From positions 13,038 to 77,037 of the IMG/VR virus record IMGVR_UViG_3300007067_000087: DNA of 64,000 nucleotides; one strand, 5' to 3'. Origin of the DNA: a virus (lineage: Duplodnaviria > Caudoviricetes). Below are positions 47,911 through 57,975 of this stretch, piece after piece. The translations under genes were made by a program, and so were the position numbers. Within the stretch, counting starts at the first letter, position 1. Each line of letters starts with the position of its first letter. The notes under the pieces were generated by a model. It searched no databases, was not told the origin of the DNA, and saw only the letters and a list, made by a program, of their open reading frames with translations.

Positions 47911-48527
47911 CCATCACCTACACTTATCTTGAAACTCGTGATCTGCTTGATTCATTTCATGAATATGGCTGGAAAGAACACCGCCAGCAAAAGGATTGGG
48001 AAAAAAGACAACTTTCTTTCCGTCAATTAAAAGCGGGCAATATGGATGATCGTTCAATCATCAATCTATTTGTTAAATCCCCAAAAGTGCCGAAGGAAAT
48101 GAAACGGCGATTTGCCTGTATATGCGCAGATCGTATCTTCAATACGTTCTATCAATATGAAAATACAGAAAGGAGTGTTGAGAAAGCCCTAGAAATGGGT
48201 TGGAACTTGGCGTGGGGGAACAGGGTGAGGCGTACCGAAATACGTAAAATACGCGCTCAAACCCAACAACTGATGTGGGTGCTGCGTTGTGAGCCTTTAT
48301 ATGTCTGGAACGTGCTGGAAACTATCCGTGCTATTCTTATTGACAATGCCACAGAGGCAGCAAAGGAGGCTTCCCAAAACGCATATGATGCCATGATGCG
48401 TAGCCATCCTCGCCCCGCCGTTGATGCTGAACAAAGGAAGCAAATAAACAGCATCATCAATCTAACCGAGGGGAAGCTGGTTCTTCACCGTATTGCCCCC
48501 TCCGTCAAAGGAGAAATTGCGGCATGA
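47907..48527 (+). CDS. Hypothetical helical protein (paralogue 2)
   Basis: LFVKSPKVPKEMKRRFACICADRI. Confidence 0.65.
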   Translation: MTITYTYLETRDLLDSFHEYGWKEHRQQKDWEKRQLSFRQLKAGNMDDRSIINLFVKSPKVPKEMKRRFACICADRIFNTFYQYENTERSVEKALEMGWNLAWGNRVRRTEIRKIRAQTQQLMWVLRCEPLYVWNVLETIRAILIDNATEAAKEASQNAYDAMMRSHPRPAVDAEQRKQINSIINLTEGKLVLHRIAPSVKGEIAA

Positions 48528-48631
48528 AAAACGTCATTTACGAGGTCTGTAATTGTCTGGCCTTTATGGCCTTACTTGTTATCATTTTCTTTTTCTGGGT
48601 TGGTTTTGACGATAGCGACATCATCAATTTA
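48524..48631 (+). CDS. 35-aa single-TM peptide
   Basis: ATGA-coupled; MKNVIYEVCNCLAFMALLVIIFFSGLVLTIATSSI. Confidence 0.4.
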
Positions 48632-48677
48632 AAAAGTGCAATCAGTATCAATGTATCATCATTTTTTGGAGGTTAAT

Positions 48678-49136
48678 ATGCCAATTCTGTTAAAAAGACG
48701 CGAAGCAGCTAATGAAAACGTAGTTCAACAAGCACGTCCAACCGAACTTACGCAACTCATCGATCAAATTGGCGAATTAGAAGCTGAGGCGGTTCTTATC
48801 AATGCCCGTATCAAAAAAGAACAAGCCAGACTTGAAACCTATAAGAAAACTCTCGCCCAACTTCAATCTTATGCCGATACGCTGGAAGACGAGAATGTAC
48901 CCGCCCAAGGCTTGTACGGTACACGCTATAAGGTTCTTGTTGGGGATTATGGTAAAAGACGAGAAATCGCGGATATGAATAAACTCAAATCCTTGCTTGG
49001 TGATGAGTTGTTCATGCAGCTTGCTACCGTTCCCCTCGGCAAAGTTGATGACTATCTTAACCCGATACAAAAACAAGAAGTCCTGCTTGAGCGCAAAACC
49101 AGCCGTAAGCTGAAAATTGTTTCTCTTGGGGGTTAA
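48678..49136 (+). CDS. Hypothetical coiled-coil phage protein
   Basis: GGAGG RBS; LIDQIGELEAE heptads. Confidence 0.65.
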   Translation: MPILLKRREAANENVVQQARPTELTQLIDQIGELEAEAVLINARIKKEQARLETYKKTLAQLQSYADTLEDENVPAQGLYGTRYKVLVGDYGKRREIADMNKLKSLLGDELFMQLATVPLGKVDDYLNPIQKQEVLLERKTSRKLKIVSLGG

Positions 49137-49137
49137 G

Positions 49138-49542
49138 ATGTACAACGATATAATCAAACTGTATATTACCCTATCCCCTGAATGGTTAGAGGAAAATGAT
49201 CCTATCCACCATCAAGAGCCTCTACCAACCCAATATGAACTTGATTGCATTGCTGGTGATTTGCTGCAACGCCTGATAAATGACGTGATGACCGCACCCG
49301 ACTTATTACGCTGTTATATGGCATGGAAAGAGCATCGTGAGTTGGAACAAGAACAGTACAAAGCTCAATGTGAAACCAGATGGGAACTCCCCTCAATCCC
49401 CCAGACGGATGATGTAATTTCTTGGAATAATGCGAGAAAAACCATCAACGAACTATTGATGTTATCTGCCCCAAAATTAGCCCGTATGTGGTACGCGCTG
49501 GAAATATCCATGATTGTTGAAACAAAACGGCCGGAAAATTAA
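49138..49542 (+). CDS. Hypothetical protein
   Basis: Coupled to upstream ORF. Confidence 0.55.
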   Translation: MYNDIIKLYITLSPEWLEENDPIHHQEPLPTQYELDCIAGDLLQRLINDVMTAPDLLRCYMAWKEHRELEQEQYKAQCETRWELPSIPQTDDVISWNNARKTINELLMLSAPKLARMWYALEISMIVETKRPEN

Positions 49543-49603
49543 CTTCACGAAACAGTGTTAATGTTATATAATGTACGGGGCATGTAACACATGGAGATGA
49601 GTC

Positions 49604-49894
49604 ATGAGTGACGTTACTTTTACTTTTCGGGTTGATAAGGGATTAAAATCTGAATTTTCCAAATTTGCTAAAGAGCAAGACCGTACCAGTGCACAACTTT
49701 TACGTGATTATATGCGCTCTTTTATTCAACAGAAAAACGAAGAAGCAGAATATGATGCGTGGTTTCGTGAGCAAGCACAGATCGGCATTGATGAGGCCAA
49801 TGCGGGCAATACGATTCCCGCTGAGGAAGTAGAAGCCTATTTTGCAGAAAAAAGAGCCGCCTCACGCAGAAGCATTGCGGAGGCAGCAGAATAA
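49604..49894 (+). CDS. CopG/RHH antitoxin
   Basis: TFTFRVDKGLKSEF..DRTSAQLLRDYMR..YDAWFREQ. Confidence 0.88.
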   Translation: MSDVTFTFRVDKGLKSEFSKFAKEQDRTSAQLLRDYMRSFIQQKNEEAEYDAWFREQAQIGIDEANAGNTIPAEEVEAYFAEKRAASRRSIAEAAE

Positions 49895-50190
49895 TGAAAT
49901 TGATATGGACATCGCGAGCGATGCGAGACCGTGATGAAATCTATGATTACATTAACGCAGACAATCCGGCGGCGGCAGCAAATCTGGATGAAATATTTGT
50001 TGAAAGAGCAAAAACCCTAAAAGATTATCCCAATCTTGGTCGCACTGGACGCATTACCGGTACTCGTGAATTGGTTGTTCATAGAAGCTATATCCTGCTT
50101 TACGATATAAACGGCGATAATGTACGTATATTGCGTGTTCTGCATGCTGCTCGCCGGTGGCCTTTCCCCGAAAAAGCTAAGCTGTCATGA
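49894..50190 (+). CDS. RelE/ParE (StbE-like) toxin
   Basis: LIWTSRAMRDRDEIYDYI..PNLGRTGRITGTRELVV..ILRVLH. Confidence 0.9.
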   Translation: MKLIWTSRAMRDRDEIYDYINADNPAAAANLDEIFVERAKTLKDYPNLGRTGRITGTRELVVHRSYILLYDINGDNVRILRVLHAARRWPFPEKAKLS

Positions 50191-51161
50191 AAGATCAGCA
50201 TTTAGCCAAATTGATGCAAATGCTCGGTTCAACTCCTGCGCCTCATCACCGTAGCGGTTGGTTCGTGGCTTCCTGTCCTCTAGCTCCGTGGCGGCATGAT
50301 GGTGGCACTGATCATAATCCGGCCTTTGCCATAAAACGAGAAGCGGGGGACGCTTTCTGCAACTGTTTTGCTTGCGGGTTTCACGGTAAATTATCAGGAC
50401 TGATTATTGAGATGCGGCATTTGAACAAAGTTTCTCCTCAATTGCAAATGCCGTGGGGAGACGCTTTCGCGATGATAGAGCAAGCCGAAGATGATATGGT
50501 TCTCAATCTTGATAGCTCGAATATTGAGGAGCTGCTAGAAAATCGTGCCAAACAAAATCACGAGTTCCCGAGATGGTGGCTGGACAGTTTCGCTAAATGG
50601 CGGGAAATTAATTGGGCAGTGGATTATCTTCACTCTCGCAATGTCTCCCCCGAAATTGCCGATTTCATGGATATTCGGGTCGATACGATTGAGAAACGTA
50701 TTTGTTGTCCAGTACGCAATTTTCAAGGTAAATTAATGGGGCTTCATGGCCGTAGCGTAGAACAAGGCATTGAACCGCGCTACCGCATGTATAAACAGGC
50801 CGGACACATCAATCCGCATATCTGGCTTGGTGAAAACTGGATAGATACGGATAAACCTATTTTGATTGTTGAAGGTCCGTTTGATCTGGCGAGTGTATTA
50901 CGGGTTTACCCTAATAGCTGCTCGCCACTTTTTGCTAATCCATCAGCAGAAAAAATTAGACGTTTAAGCGATGCGTTGGAATGGGTAACGTTATTTGACA
51001 ATGGGAAGGGTGGCGATGCTGGACGGGCAAAAATTAGTCAAGTCTTGAACAAAACCCACATTGTGCATCATGCTCGACTTGCAGCGGATTTAAAAGACCC
51101 AGGTGAAGCAACAGTTGAGCAACTCCATCAAACTTTAAGTGATTTTTTGTCTTTTAAATAA
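50187..51161 (+). CDS. DNA primase (zinc finger plus TOPRIM)
   Basis: CPLAPWRH..CNCFACG; IVEGPFD; FDNGKGG; KDPGE. Confidence 0.9.
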   Translation: MKDQHLAKLMQMLGSTPAPHHRSGWFVASCPLAPWRHDGGTDHNPAFAIKREAGDAFCNCFACGFHGKLSGLIIEMRHLNKVSPQLQMPWGDAFAMIEQAEDDMVLNLDSSNIEELLENRAKQNHEFPRWWLDSFAKWREINWAVDYLHSRNVSPEIADFMDIRVDTIEKRICCPVRNFQGKLMGLHGRSVEQGIEPRYRMYKQAGHINPHIWLGENWIDTDKPILIVEGPFDLASVLRVYPNSCSPLFANPSAEKIRRLSDALEWVTLFDNGKGGDAGRAKISQVLNKTHIVHHARLAADLKDPGEATVEQLHQTLSDFLSFK

Positions 51162-51162
51162 T

Positions 51163-51213
51163 TTGCAATTGATTGCAAATTTATATTGACTAGCTACGAC
51201 TTTGCTATAGATT
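51163..51213 (+). promoter_or_regulatory. Palindrome plus promoter
   Basis: TTGCAATTGATTGCAA 51163-51178; TTGACT 51186-51191; N16; TAGATT 51208-51213. Confidence 0.72.
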
Positions 51214-51276
51214 AGAAGAATAAGACAAGGTTCTTCAGTTCTCAAAAAACGTCCAAAGCGACAAAAGGATAAAATC

Positions 51277-52059
51277 ATGGCTCTAAATTTCGCAAAAACA
51301 GCAAGTGCTGCCAGTACAAAACCAGTTAATCAACATCAGCCCGCCAACAGTAATTTTCTGATGCGTGGCAACAAGGCCAAAGACGCAGTGCGGGAAGATG
51401 AGGCGCAAGCCGAAATTCGCAAAGCCGAGGCCGGTAAAATGTTCCGCTTCTGGATTAAGGAGGGAGAAGAAAAACAAATCACCTTTCTTGATGGCGATAT
51501 TGACTCTGACGGCATGCTTGACATCAATTTCTATTATGAACATATGATCAAGATTGCCGGAAATTGGCGAACTTTTGTGGATACGTCAGAAGTTGACCAA
51601 ACCCAACCTTGCCCTCTAACAGAGGCGGGCAGTCGACCTTATCTGGCGGGGGCAATGACGATTATAGATCACTCTCCTTACACCATCAAATCCGGCGACA
51701 ATGCTGGTAAAACAATCCAGCATATCCGCAAACTGTTTATTGCCAAACGCCAAACCATCCAACAATTAACCAACTTGGCTAAAAAACGCGGTGGCCTAAC
51801 CGGCTGTACCTTTGATGTTACCCGTATTGGCAAAAATTCAGCTTCCGTGGGTAGCCAGTTTGATTTCCAGCATAAATTCAACAACGCGCAAGAAATTGCC
51901 GAAGCCTGTGGTTTACAATTGGATGAGGTGCAACCCGCCAATTATTCAGAAGAAATTACTTACCACTCCCCGGAAGAGTTGATTGAAATGGGAATTGGTA
52001 AATCTCCTTCAGGTGTTGGCTTTAATAAAGCGCAATCTTCCCTGAAAGACGAATTATAG
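51277..52059 (+). CDS. Probable single-stranded DNA-binding protein
   Basis: Between primase and helicase; RFWIKEGEEKQITFLDG, FDVTRIG; acidic end. Confidence 0.55.
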   Translation: MALNFAKTASAASTKPVNQHQPANSNFLMRGNKAKDAVREDEAQAEIRKAEAGKMFRFWIKEGEEKQITFLDGDIDSDGMLDINFYYEHMIKIAGNWRTFVDTSEVDQTQPCPLTEAGSRPYLAGAMTIIDHSPYTIKSGDNAGKTIQHIRKLFIAKRQTIQQLTNLAKKRGGLTGCTFDVTRIGKNSASVGSQFDFQHKFNNAQEIAEACGLQLDEVQPANYSEEITYHSPEELIEMGIGKSPSGVGFNKAQSSLKDEL

Positions 52060-52074
52060 TCTTACTCCAAGCTG

Positions 52075-52101
52075 GCGGGGGATATTTCCCCCGCATTTTT
52101 T
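52075..52101 (+). terminator. Rho-independent terminator
   Basis: GCGGGGGA-TATT-TCCCCCGC followed by ATTTTTT. Confidence 0.75.
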
Positions 52102-52131
52102 CCAATTTCTCAAGAATAATCAGGGGCTGGC

Positions 52132-53511
52132 ATGGCTACCTTTTCCGAACTTGTCCAATATGAAAAACCATTATGGACAGACGCTTGCGCCAATTACCCC
52201 TATGACAAGCAGCTTCTTAACACATACCGTTTTACTTCCCGCTTTGGTGAGGAAGTCCTATTGGCAAAGCTCAATGCTGATGGCACAATCGCTCTCCCTC
52301 GCGCTTTATGTCCTATAGCGGATGATGACAGCAGAGTTGAGGGTGAGGCAATAGAGGTTTTTAATGCCCCCACGCCGCGTCCCAATCAAGTCAAGATATT
52401 CAATCAAGTTGTCGAACATTTAAAGGCTGGCAAAAGCGGGATTATTTCTGCCTATACCGGGTTTGGTAAAACCTTGTGTGCGTTCTACGCCATTGCTGCC
52501 GTCAAACGTAAAACTCTCATCACCACCAAGGAAGATATTTTTGATCAATGGGTACAGGGCGCACAGAAATTTCTCGGGCTTCAGCCTGAAGATGTTGGCA
52601 TCATCCGGGGAAATAAATGCGAGGTTATTGGTACGAAAGTTGTCGTGGCAATGATCCAATCCTTATCGCGTGAAGATAAATACCCGGATTGGATTACAAA
52701 AGATTTCGGTCTCATAATATTTGATGAAGTTCATAGGGTTTCCAGCACTCAATTCTCCCGTGTCGCCAGCATGTTTCCTGCCAAATTACGCCTTGGTTTG
52801 TCAGCAACGATTGAGCGGTCAGATGGTAAGGAATTACTGATCTATGCCCATATTGGGCAGGTATTCGCCAGAACGGAAAATGAAGAGCAAATCCCAAAAG
52901 TGCTGCTTTACCGCTCCAACTGGCAATGCCCGCGTTATATGCGCAACAACAGGGAGACAGGCAAACGCGATTTTGTCCGTATCCATCACGAGGCCGGTCG
53001 TACCATCAGGGCAGAAAAAGCCATTGCCGCCGATGAGGATAGAAATCATCTGATTGCCCAGATTATCAAAAACGTCCTTGATAATGGCCGCAAGCTGATT
53101 GTGTTCTCTACCCTGCACGAACATTTGAAAAGTCTCTACCGCCATTGCCATAATTCTCTTGGTATCAGTGGTAAGGATATGGGGTTTTATATCGGTGCAA
53201 CCAGCAAGGCCGAGAAAGAAAAACGCGCTAAGGAAGTTTATAAACCGATCCTTTTTACTACTTATGCAATGATGGGGGAGGGAACATCGTTAGACTGGTT
53301 TGATAGCTGCATCCTTGCCATGCCCCGCGCCAATGTAGCGCAGCCGGTTGGGCGTATCAGGCGGACTTATGAGAACAAGAAACCACCCGTAACCATTGAT
53401 ATTATTGACGATGATAGTCCAGTATTTCTTGGTTACGCCAATTCACGCCTTAAATGGTACAACAAGATCGGGGCGCAAATCAAAGAAATTAGCATAGAGG
53501 AACAAGCATAA
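52132..53511 (+). CDS. Superfamily 2 (UvsW/XPB-like) helicase
   Basis: AYTGFGKT, IFDEVH, GLSAT, QPVGRIRR. Confidence 0.9.
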   Translation: MATFSELVQYEKPLWTDACANYPYDKQLLNTYRFTSRFGEEVLLAKLNADGTIALPRALCPIADDDSRVEGEAIEVFNAPTPRPNQVKIFNQVVEHLKAGKSGIISAYTGFGKTLCAFYAIAAVKRKTLITTKEDIFDQWVQGAQKFLGLQPEDVGIIRGNKCEVIGTKVVVAMIQSLSREDKYPDWITKDFGLIIFDEVHRVSSTQFSRVASMFPAKLRLGLSATIERSDGKELLIYAHIGQVFARTENEEQIPKVLLYRSNWQCPRYMRNNRETGKRDFVRIHHEAGRTIRAEKAIAADEDRNHLIAQIIKNVLDNGRKLIVFSTLHEHLKSLYRHCHNSLGISGKDMGFYIGATSKAEKEKRAKEVYKPILFTTYAMMGEGTSLDWFDSCILAMPRANVAQPVGRIRRTYENKKPPVTIDIIDDDSPVFLGYANSRLKWYNKIGAQIKEISIEEQA

Positions 53512-53826
53512 ATGGCCGTTACCATCAAGAAAACTCACGGATTGACCACCATCACCCAAGAGCTTAAAAACAAGGGTGAGACAATCATGGCGGATACCAA
53601 GAACGAGATTGTGGAAACTCCAAAAACTCGCCAAGCCCCAAGCCCGTTATGTGAGGTTGGGTTTGAGACCTCTTTTACCAAGAATTTAGGCAATTACCAA
53701 TCTTTGAAGGTTGGGGTTCATATCAAAATTCCCTGCCTCCATGCCGAGATTGATCAAGTATTCGACTATGCCACAAATTGGGCAGATAGCAAAATGCAAA
53801 AATTGTTAGATGAAACCGATTCATAA
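53512..53826 (+). CDS. Hypothetical phage protein
   Basis: TKNLGNYQSLKVGV motif typical of phage replication clusters. Confidence 0.65.
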   Translation: MAVTIKKTHGLTTITQELKNKGETIMADTKNEIVETPKTRQAPSPLCEVGFETSFTKNLGNYQSLKVGVHIKIPCLHAEIDQVFDYATNWADSKMQKLLDETDS

Positions 53827-53851
53827 ATCTAACACTACCTATAATTTTGAT

Positions 53852-53867
53852 CTGCAATCAATTGCAG
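53852..53867. promoter_or_regulatory. Palindrome copy upstream of recA-like gene
   Basis: CTGCAATCAATTGCAG. Confidence 0.75.
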
Positions 53868-53879
53868 AAGGATAACAAA

Positions 53880-54968
53880 ATGGCAATCAAGCTAAAGAAA
53901 TCATCCTCCATTACCGTTGCCGATATGCTCTCAACCTACAAGAAGGATATGGGGGAGGAGATCGGCGATTATGGTGGATTGCTGCGCAATCGTGAGCGTA
54001 TTCCTACCGGATTGTTCGAGCTTGATCTGGCTCTTGGTGGCGGATTCCCGCGCGGTAAGGCATCAATGATTTTCGGGCCGGAAAGCTCAAACAAGACCAA
54101 TGTCGCTTTGCGTGCCATCAGCTTTCATCAGAAATTATGGCCGAACCTCACCTGTATCTTCGTTGATCTGGAAAATGAATATAATCCTGAATGGGCAACC
54201 GCCCTTGGCGTGAACACTGAAAAACTGCTGGTCGTCAATCCAAGTTATGCTGAACAAGCAATTGATATGGTTGAGGGCTTTATTGCTGCCAGCGACTGCA
54301 GTTTGATTGTGTTGGACAGTATCGCCTCCCTCGTCTCCAAAGGGGAGTTAGACAAAAGTGCCGAGGGTGAAAACCCAGGGGCGGCGGGGCGCATTATGTC
54401 AAAGCTCTACCGGAAAACCGTTATGGCCTTGACCCAAGCCGAAAAAGAAAATCGCCACCCAACGCTTATCTATATCAACCAGATCATCTATAAAATCGGT
54501 GTGATGTTCGGTAATCCTGAAACCACCCCCGGCGGCAAGAAACCATGGTTTCAATCCTCCTTGATTATCCGGCTCTATGGTAAAAATATCATTGATCAAA
54601 AAGTATCAAAAATAATGCCGGTTGCCAAGGAAGTTAATTTCGTTGTCAATAAATTCAAAGTGCCGATCCTGTCCGTATCCGGCCGGTTCGAGATGGTGAC
54701 AATGGCACATGATATTTACAAGGTGGGGCAATGCAAAGACCACACCACCATCAAGGAATATCTACAAGCTTTTGGCGAGTTTGCCAGTGACGGCAAAAAG
54801 GGCTGGAACATCATGCAACGCCATTATGACAAGCAGTCTGAATTTTTCTCAAGACTCTACAAAGATGAGACCTTCGGCCATGAGGTACGTCAACATATCA
54901 TCACCAAGCTTTTATCTGGTGAATTGGTCGAACCAGAGGGGAGTGGCGATGACGAATCCCTATCTTAA
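53880..54968 (+). CDS. recA: RecA/UvsX-like recombinase
   Basis: IPTGLFELDLALGGGFPRG, GPESSNKT, IVLDSIASL, YINQ, TTPGG. Confidence 0.92.
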   Translation: MAIKLKKSSSITVADMLSTYKKDMGEEIGDYGGLLRNRERIPTGLFELDLALGGGFPRGKASMIFGPESSNKTNVALRAISFHQKLWPNLTCIFVDLENEYNPEWATALGVNTEKLLVVNPSYAEQAIDMVEGFIAASDCSLIVLDSIASLVSKGELDKSAEGENPGAAGRIMSKLYRKTVMALTQAEKENRHPTLIYINQIIYKIGVMFGNPETTPGGKKPWFQSSLIIRLYGKNIIDQKVSKIMPVAKEVNFVVNKFKVPILSVSGRFEMVTMAHDIYKVGQCKDHTTIKEYLQAFGEFASDGKKGWNIMQRHYDKQSEFFSRLYKDETFGHEVRQHIITKLLSGELVEPEGSGDDESLS

Positions 54969-55329
54969 CAGACGCGCAAAACATAGCATCGGCAAGACGG
55001 GTCGCAAGTCTGAAACAAGGCTGGCAAAAATTTTGGGGGCAAGACAACGCCCTGCCTCCGGTGCAATGGTAGGGGCAAAAGGTGACATCAGCTTTGACAA
55101 CATCCTGATGGAAGCAAAATCAACCACCCGTGAGAGCATTTCCATCAAGCTGGCATGGTTGCTCAAAATCACCCATGAAGCGCGTTCAGAGGGCAAAATA
55201 CCGGCTTTATCGCTGTCTTTCACCCGACCAGACGGCAATCCTTATCCTGATGGTGAATGGGTTGCTCTTCCCTTGCATAAATATCTTGAGCTTGTCGGAG
55301 GGGGATTAAGTGGCCGTTACTTTTCTTAA
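54949..55329 (+). CDS. Hjc-type PD-(D/E)xK Holliday junction resolvase-like nuclease
   Basis: GRKSETRLA..SGA..KGDI..LMEAKST. Confidence 0.7.
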   Translation: MTNPYLNRRAKHSIGKTGRKSETRLAKILGARQRPASGAMVGAKGDISFDNILMEAKSTTRESISIKLAWLLKITHEARSEGKIPALSLSFTRPDGNPYPDGEWVALPLHKYLELVGGGLSGRYFS

Positions 55330-56209
55330 AAAAGCCAAAACTCTCACCCCACAATTAACGGCAAGATTACTGCTGCATCGTTATCTTTCGGGCTATGAGA
55401 CTGCCCGTACGATGAAAATCCTGCATGCTTCGGAATTGACCAAAAGCGGCGATGATAACAGGTTCTGTCCACGCTCTTATGCGCTACGCGATTTAACCGG
55501 CATCAAACCTTCCGACAAATGGTTGAGTGCTTCCGAGCGGATGACTTTTCAAATCGGGCGCGACCAAGAGGCCAATCTTGTCCGCTGGTTTGGTGATATG
55601 GGGCGGGCAGTGTGTGACTGGCATTGCCGCCATTGTGGTAAGACGTATTTCTTTTGCCTCAAGCCTGCACAATGTGATGCGTGTGGTTGCAAACAGTTTG
55701 ACGGGCAAGAATTGCGTTTCACTTCCCTTATTACCGGCGTATCTTGCGGCATTGATATGCTGCTGGCCTTGAATGATGATAAACTGGTTGTCCATGAAAT
55801 AAAAACCATTGACAAGGATAAATTCGCTTCCCTGCAAGCCCCGTTAGCTGAGCACAGATGGCGGACAAATTTTTACCTGCGCATTTTGGCGGAAAGTGGT
55901 GATCCCCGGACTGACAAAATCAATACCAACATCGCGCGTATCCTTTACGTCTCCAAAGGCGGGTTTGGTTGTGTGGATGATAGCTTGTCGCTGTTTGGCC
56001 TATCGGATAAATTCAGCCCGTTCAAGGAATTTGAAATCAAGCGTAATGATGCAGAAACAAAGCCTCTTGCCGATCTTGCCTTAAACGTCAAGACATTCAG
56101 GGACACTGGTAAGCCCATCCCGAAACGTATTTGCACTTCCCCGCATGATAAACGTGCCAAATACTGCCCGTGGGCAACAGCCTGTTTCAAGGATTATAGC
56201 AATGAATAA
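55310..56209 (+). CDS. Cas4-like PD-(D/E)xK exonuclease with Cys clusters
   Basis: FCPR; GIDML..HEIKT; C-terminal C..C.W..C; inserted CRHC..C..CDAC. Confidence 0.72.
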   Translation: MAVTFLKKAKTLTPQLTARLLLHRYLSGYETARTMKILHASELTKSGDDNRFCPRSYALRDLTGIKPSDKWLSASERMTFQIGRDQEANLVRWFGDMGRAVCDWHCRHCGKTYFFCLKPAQCDACGCKQFDGQELRFTSLITGVSCGIDMLLALNDDKLVVHEIKTIDKDKFASLQAPLAEHRWRTNFYLRILAESGDPRTDKINTNIARILYVSKGGFGCVDDSLSLFGLSDKFSPFKEFEIKRNDAETKPLADLALNVKTFRDTGKPIPKRICTSPHDKRAKYCPWATACFKDYSNE

Positions 56210-56747
56210 AGGCAAAACCATTATCGGCATTGATCCGTCAACCTCCGCAACAGGATTGGTTGTTATCGACATTGACGATCCTGATTTGTCTAATCCGTTG
56301 ATTGCCTATGATATTAAACCCACGGCCAAACTAACCGGCATTGACCGCAGCGTTTTCATCGTCACCGAAATCATGAAGATGGTAACATTTTATCGACCTG
56401 TCTTTGTTGTCATTGAGGGTTACTCCCTCAATCTACGCAATGCTTCCAGTGTCATACCTCTGGTGGAATTGGGCAGCCTCTTACGATTTATGTTGCGGGT
56501 CGACAAAACATCATGGCTTGATCCTCGAGCCTCGGAACTGAAAAAATTTGCCACTGGCAAAGGTAATGCCCCGAAAGATGTTGTTATGCTCAATGCTTAT
56601 AAAAAATGGGGTTTTGATGCAGCCAATAACAATATTGCCGATGCTTATGTACTGGCAATGATGGGGCTGGCACATATCGGCGAATTGAAAGGAGCGACAA
56701 AAGAAATGGAGAAGATTGCAAAAAGCCTCAAACTGAAATTCAACTAA
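56202..56747 (+). CDS. ruvC: RuvC-like resolvase
   Basis: IGIDPS, VIEGY, LKKFATGKGNA.K, NIADA. Confidence 0.88.
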   Translation: MNKGKTIIGIDPSTSATGLVVIDIDDPDLSNPLIAYDIKPTAKLTGIDRSVFIVTEIMKMVTFYRPVFVVIEGYSLNLRNASSVIPLVELGSLLRFMLRVDKTSWLDPRASELKKFATGKGNAPKDVVMLNAYKKWGFDAANNNIADAYVLAMMGLAHIGELKGATKEMEKIAKSLKLKFN

Positions 56748-56752
56748 ATAAT

Positions 56753-56804
56753 TTGCAATTAATTGCAAATATATCTTGCCAAGATGAAAACTCACCGTTA
56801 ACAT
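56753..56804 (+). promoter_or_regulatory. Palindrome plus promoter
   Basis: TTGCAATTAATTGCAA 56753-56768; TTGCCA 56776-56781; N17; TAACAT 56799-56804. Confidence 0.72.
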
Positions 56805-56843
56805 GAAAATATTAACTTTCCCAACCTACCATAGGAGCAGACG

Positions 56844-57914
56844 ATGAACAGCACCCCTACCAGTCTGGATTTATTGACCAGTGCCGGACAATCCACCACC
56901 GAGCTAGAAGAAGAACTCATTGACATTGATACTATGTCGGCGGAAGAACTGGACGTTCTTGTCAAAGAACATGATATTGACGTGCCTGACGCTTGGGATA
57001 GTTGGAAAGTTGAGCAAAAGCGTGAATGGCTCAATGCCCAGTATAGTGAAGAAAGCGAGGATAATAATTCAACCTCGCAAATTGTCTCCGAACCGGAACA
57101 ACCCGCTCCCGAAAAAGCTCTGGCAACCGTAGAAGAAAAAACGACCAAGCAACCCAAAGAGAAAAAAGCCAAAACGCCAGCCAAAGTCAAAGAAGGAGAA
57201 ATCATCTTGGCGGGGGATGATACTTTGTCTGATCTTGTTCAAGGTGTAGAAAACCTTAATGAGAAAGACGCAAAACATCTAGCTGCCCAACTCGTCACCG
57301 AGGGCGATGTCACCTTTATTAGACTTGGTGGGGTTCTTTCGCTTATTCAGGTCAATAGCTGGTACGCTCCCCATGCTTCTTTCAAAGAATATGTCGAGAA
57401 AGAGCATGGTCTCAACTATAGAAAGGCCAGCTATTGGGTCAGCATCTATAATTGTCTGTCGGATGCCAAAATCCCGTGGCGCAAGGTTCAACATATCGGC
57501 TGGTCAAAGCTGAAAGAAATTGCCTCTGTCCTCACCAATGACAATCTGGAAGAATGGCTCAAGATTGCTGAAACCCAAAACACTTTAACGCTGATTGAAA
57601 CGGTGAAAAAGAGCAAATCCAAGCCCGAGTCTCATCTTGATGACAAAATGAAGGAAGCCAAGACGCTTACCACCAAAACCTTCAAGCTGCATGCCGACCA
57701 GCGGGAGACAATTGAACAAGCTCTTTCTCAAGTCAAGGAACAAACCCACACTGAATATGATGCTGTGGCCTTGGAATTGATTTGTGCTGATTATATGTCT
57801 TCTCCCACTCTCGCAAAGAAACTGCAATCTTTGGGGCTAGAGGCAGCACTGGCTCAAGTAGAGAAAGCTTTCCCACAAGCCAATATCACCGTAGAACTTG
57901 AGGAAGCCGCTTAA
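56844..57914 (+). CDS. Hypothetical protein, DUF3102-like core with acidic N-terminus
   Basis: FKEYVEKEHGLNYRKASYWVSIY..IGWSKLK; paralogue at 61007. Confidence 0.6.
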   Translation: MNSTPTSLDLLTSAGQSTTELEEELIDIDTMSAEELDVLVKEHDIDVPDAWDSWKVEQKREWLNAQYSEESEDNNSTSQIVSEPEQPAPEKALATVEEKTTKQPKEKKAKTPAKVKEGEIILAGDDTLSDLVQGVENLNEKDAKHLAAQLVTEGDVTFIRLGGVLSLIQVNSWYAPHASFKEYVEKEHGLNYRKASYWVSIYNCLSDAKIPWRKVQHIGWSKLKEIASVLTNDNLEEWLKIAETQNTLTLIETVKKSKSKPESHLDDKMKEAKTLTTKTFKLHADQRETIEQALSQVKEQTHTEYDAVALELICADYMSSPTLAKKLQSLGLEAALAQVEKAFPQANITVELEEAA

Positions 57915-57938
57915 AGTTCCCCGCAACCACACTCCCAT

Positions 57939-57975
57939 AAAACCATCTTGTTTTCACGGGCAAGGTGGTTTTTTA
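57939..57975 (+). terminator. Rho-independent terminator
   Basis: AAAACCATCTTG/CAAGGTGGTTTT stem followed by TTT. Confidence 0.65.

Noticed and set aside
52500-52540. Possible one-codon deletion in the SF2 helicase (KTLITTKED)
   Set aside because: Looks short compared with remembered motif Ia contexts, but cannot be judged without an alignment.
55310-56209. Cas4-like gene as evidence of a CRISPR-Cas system
   Set aside because: No cas1/cas2 or array; solo Cas4-like nucleases are common in phage recombination clusters.
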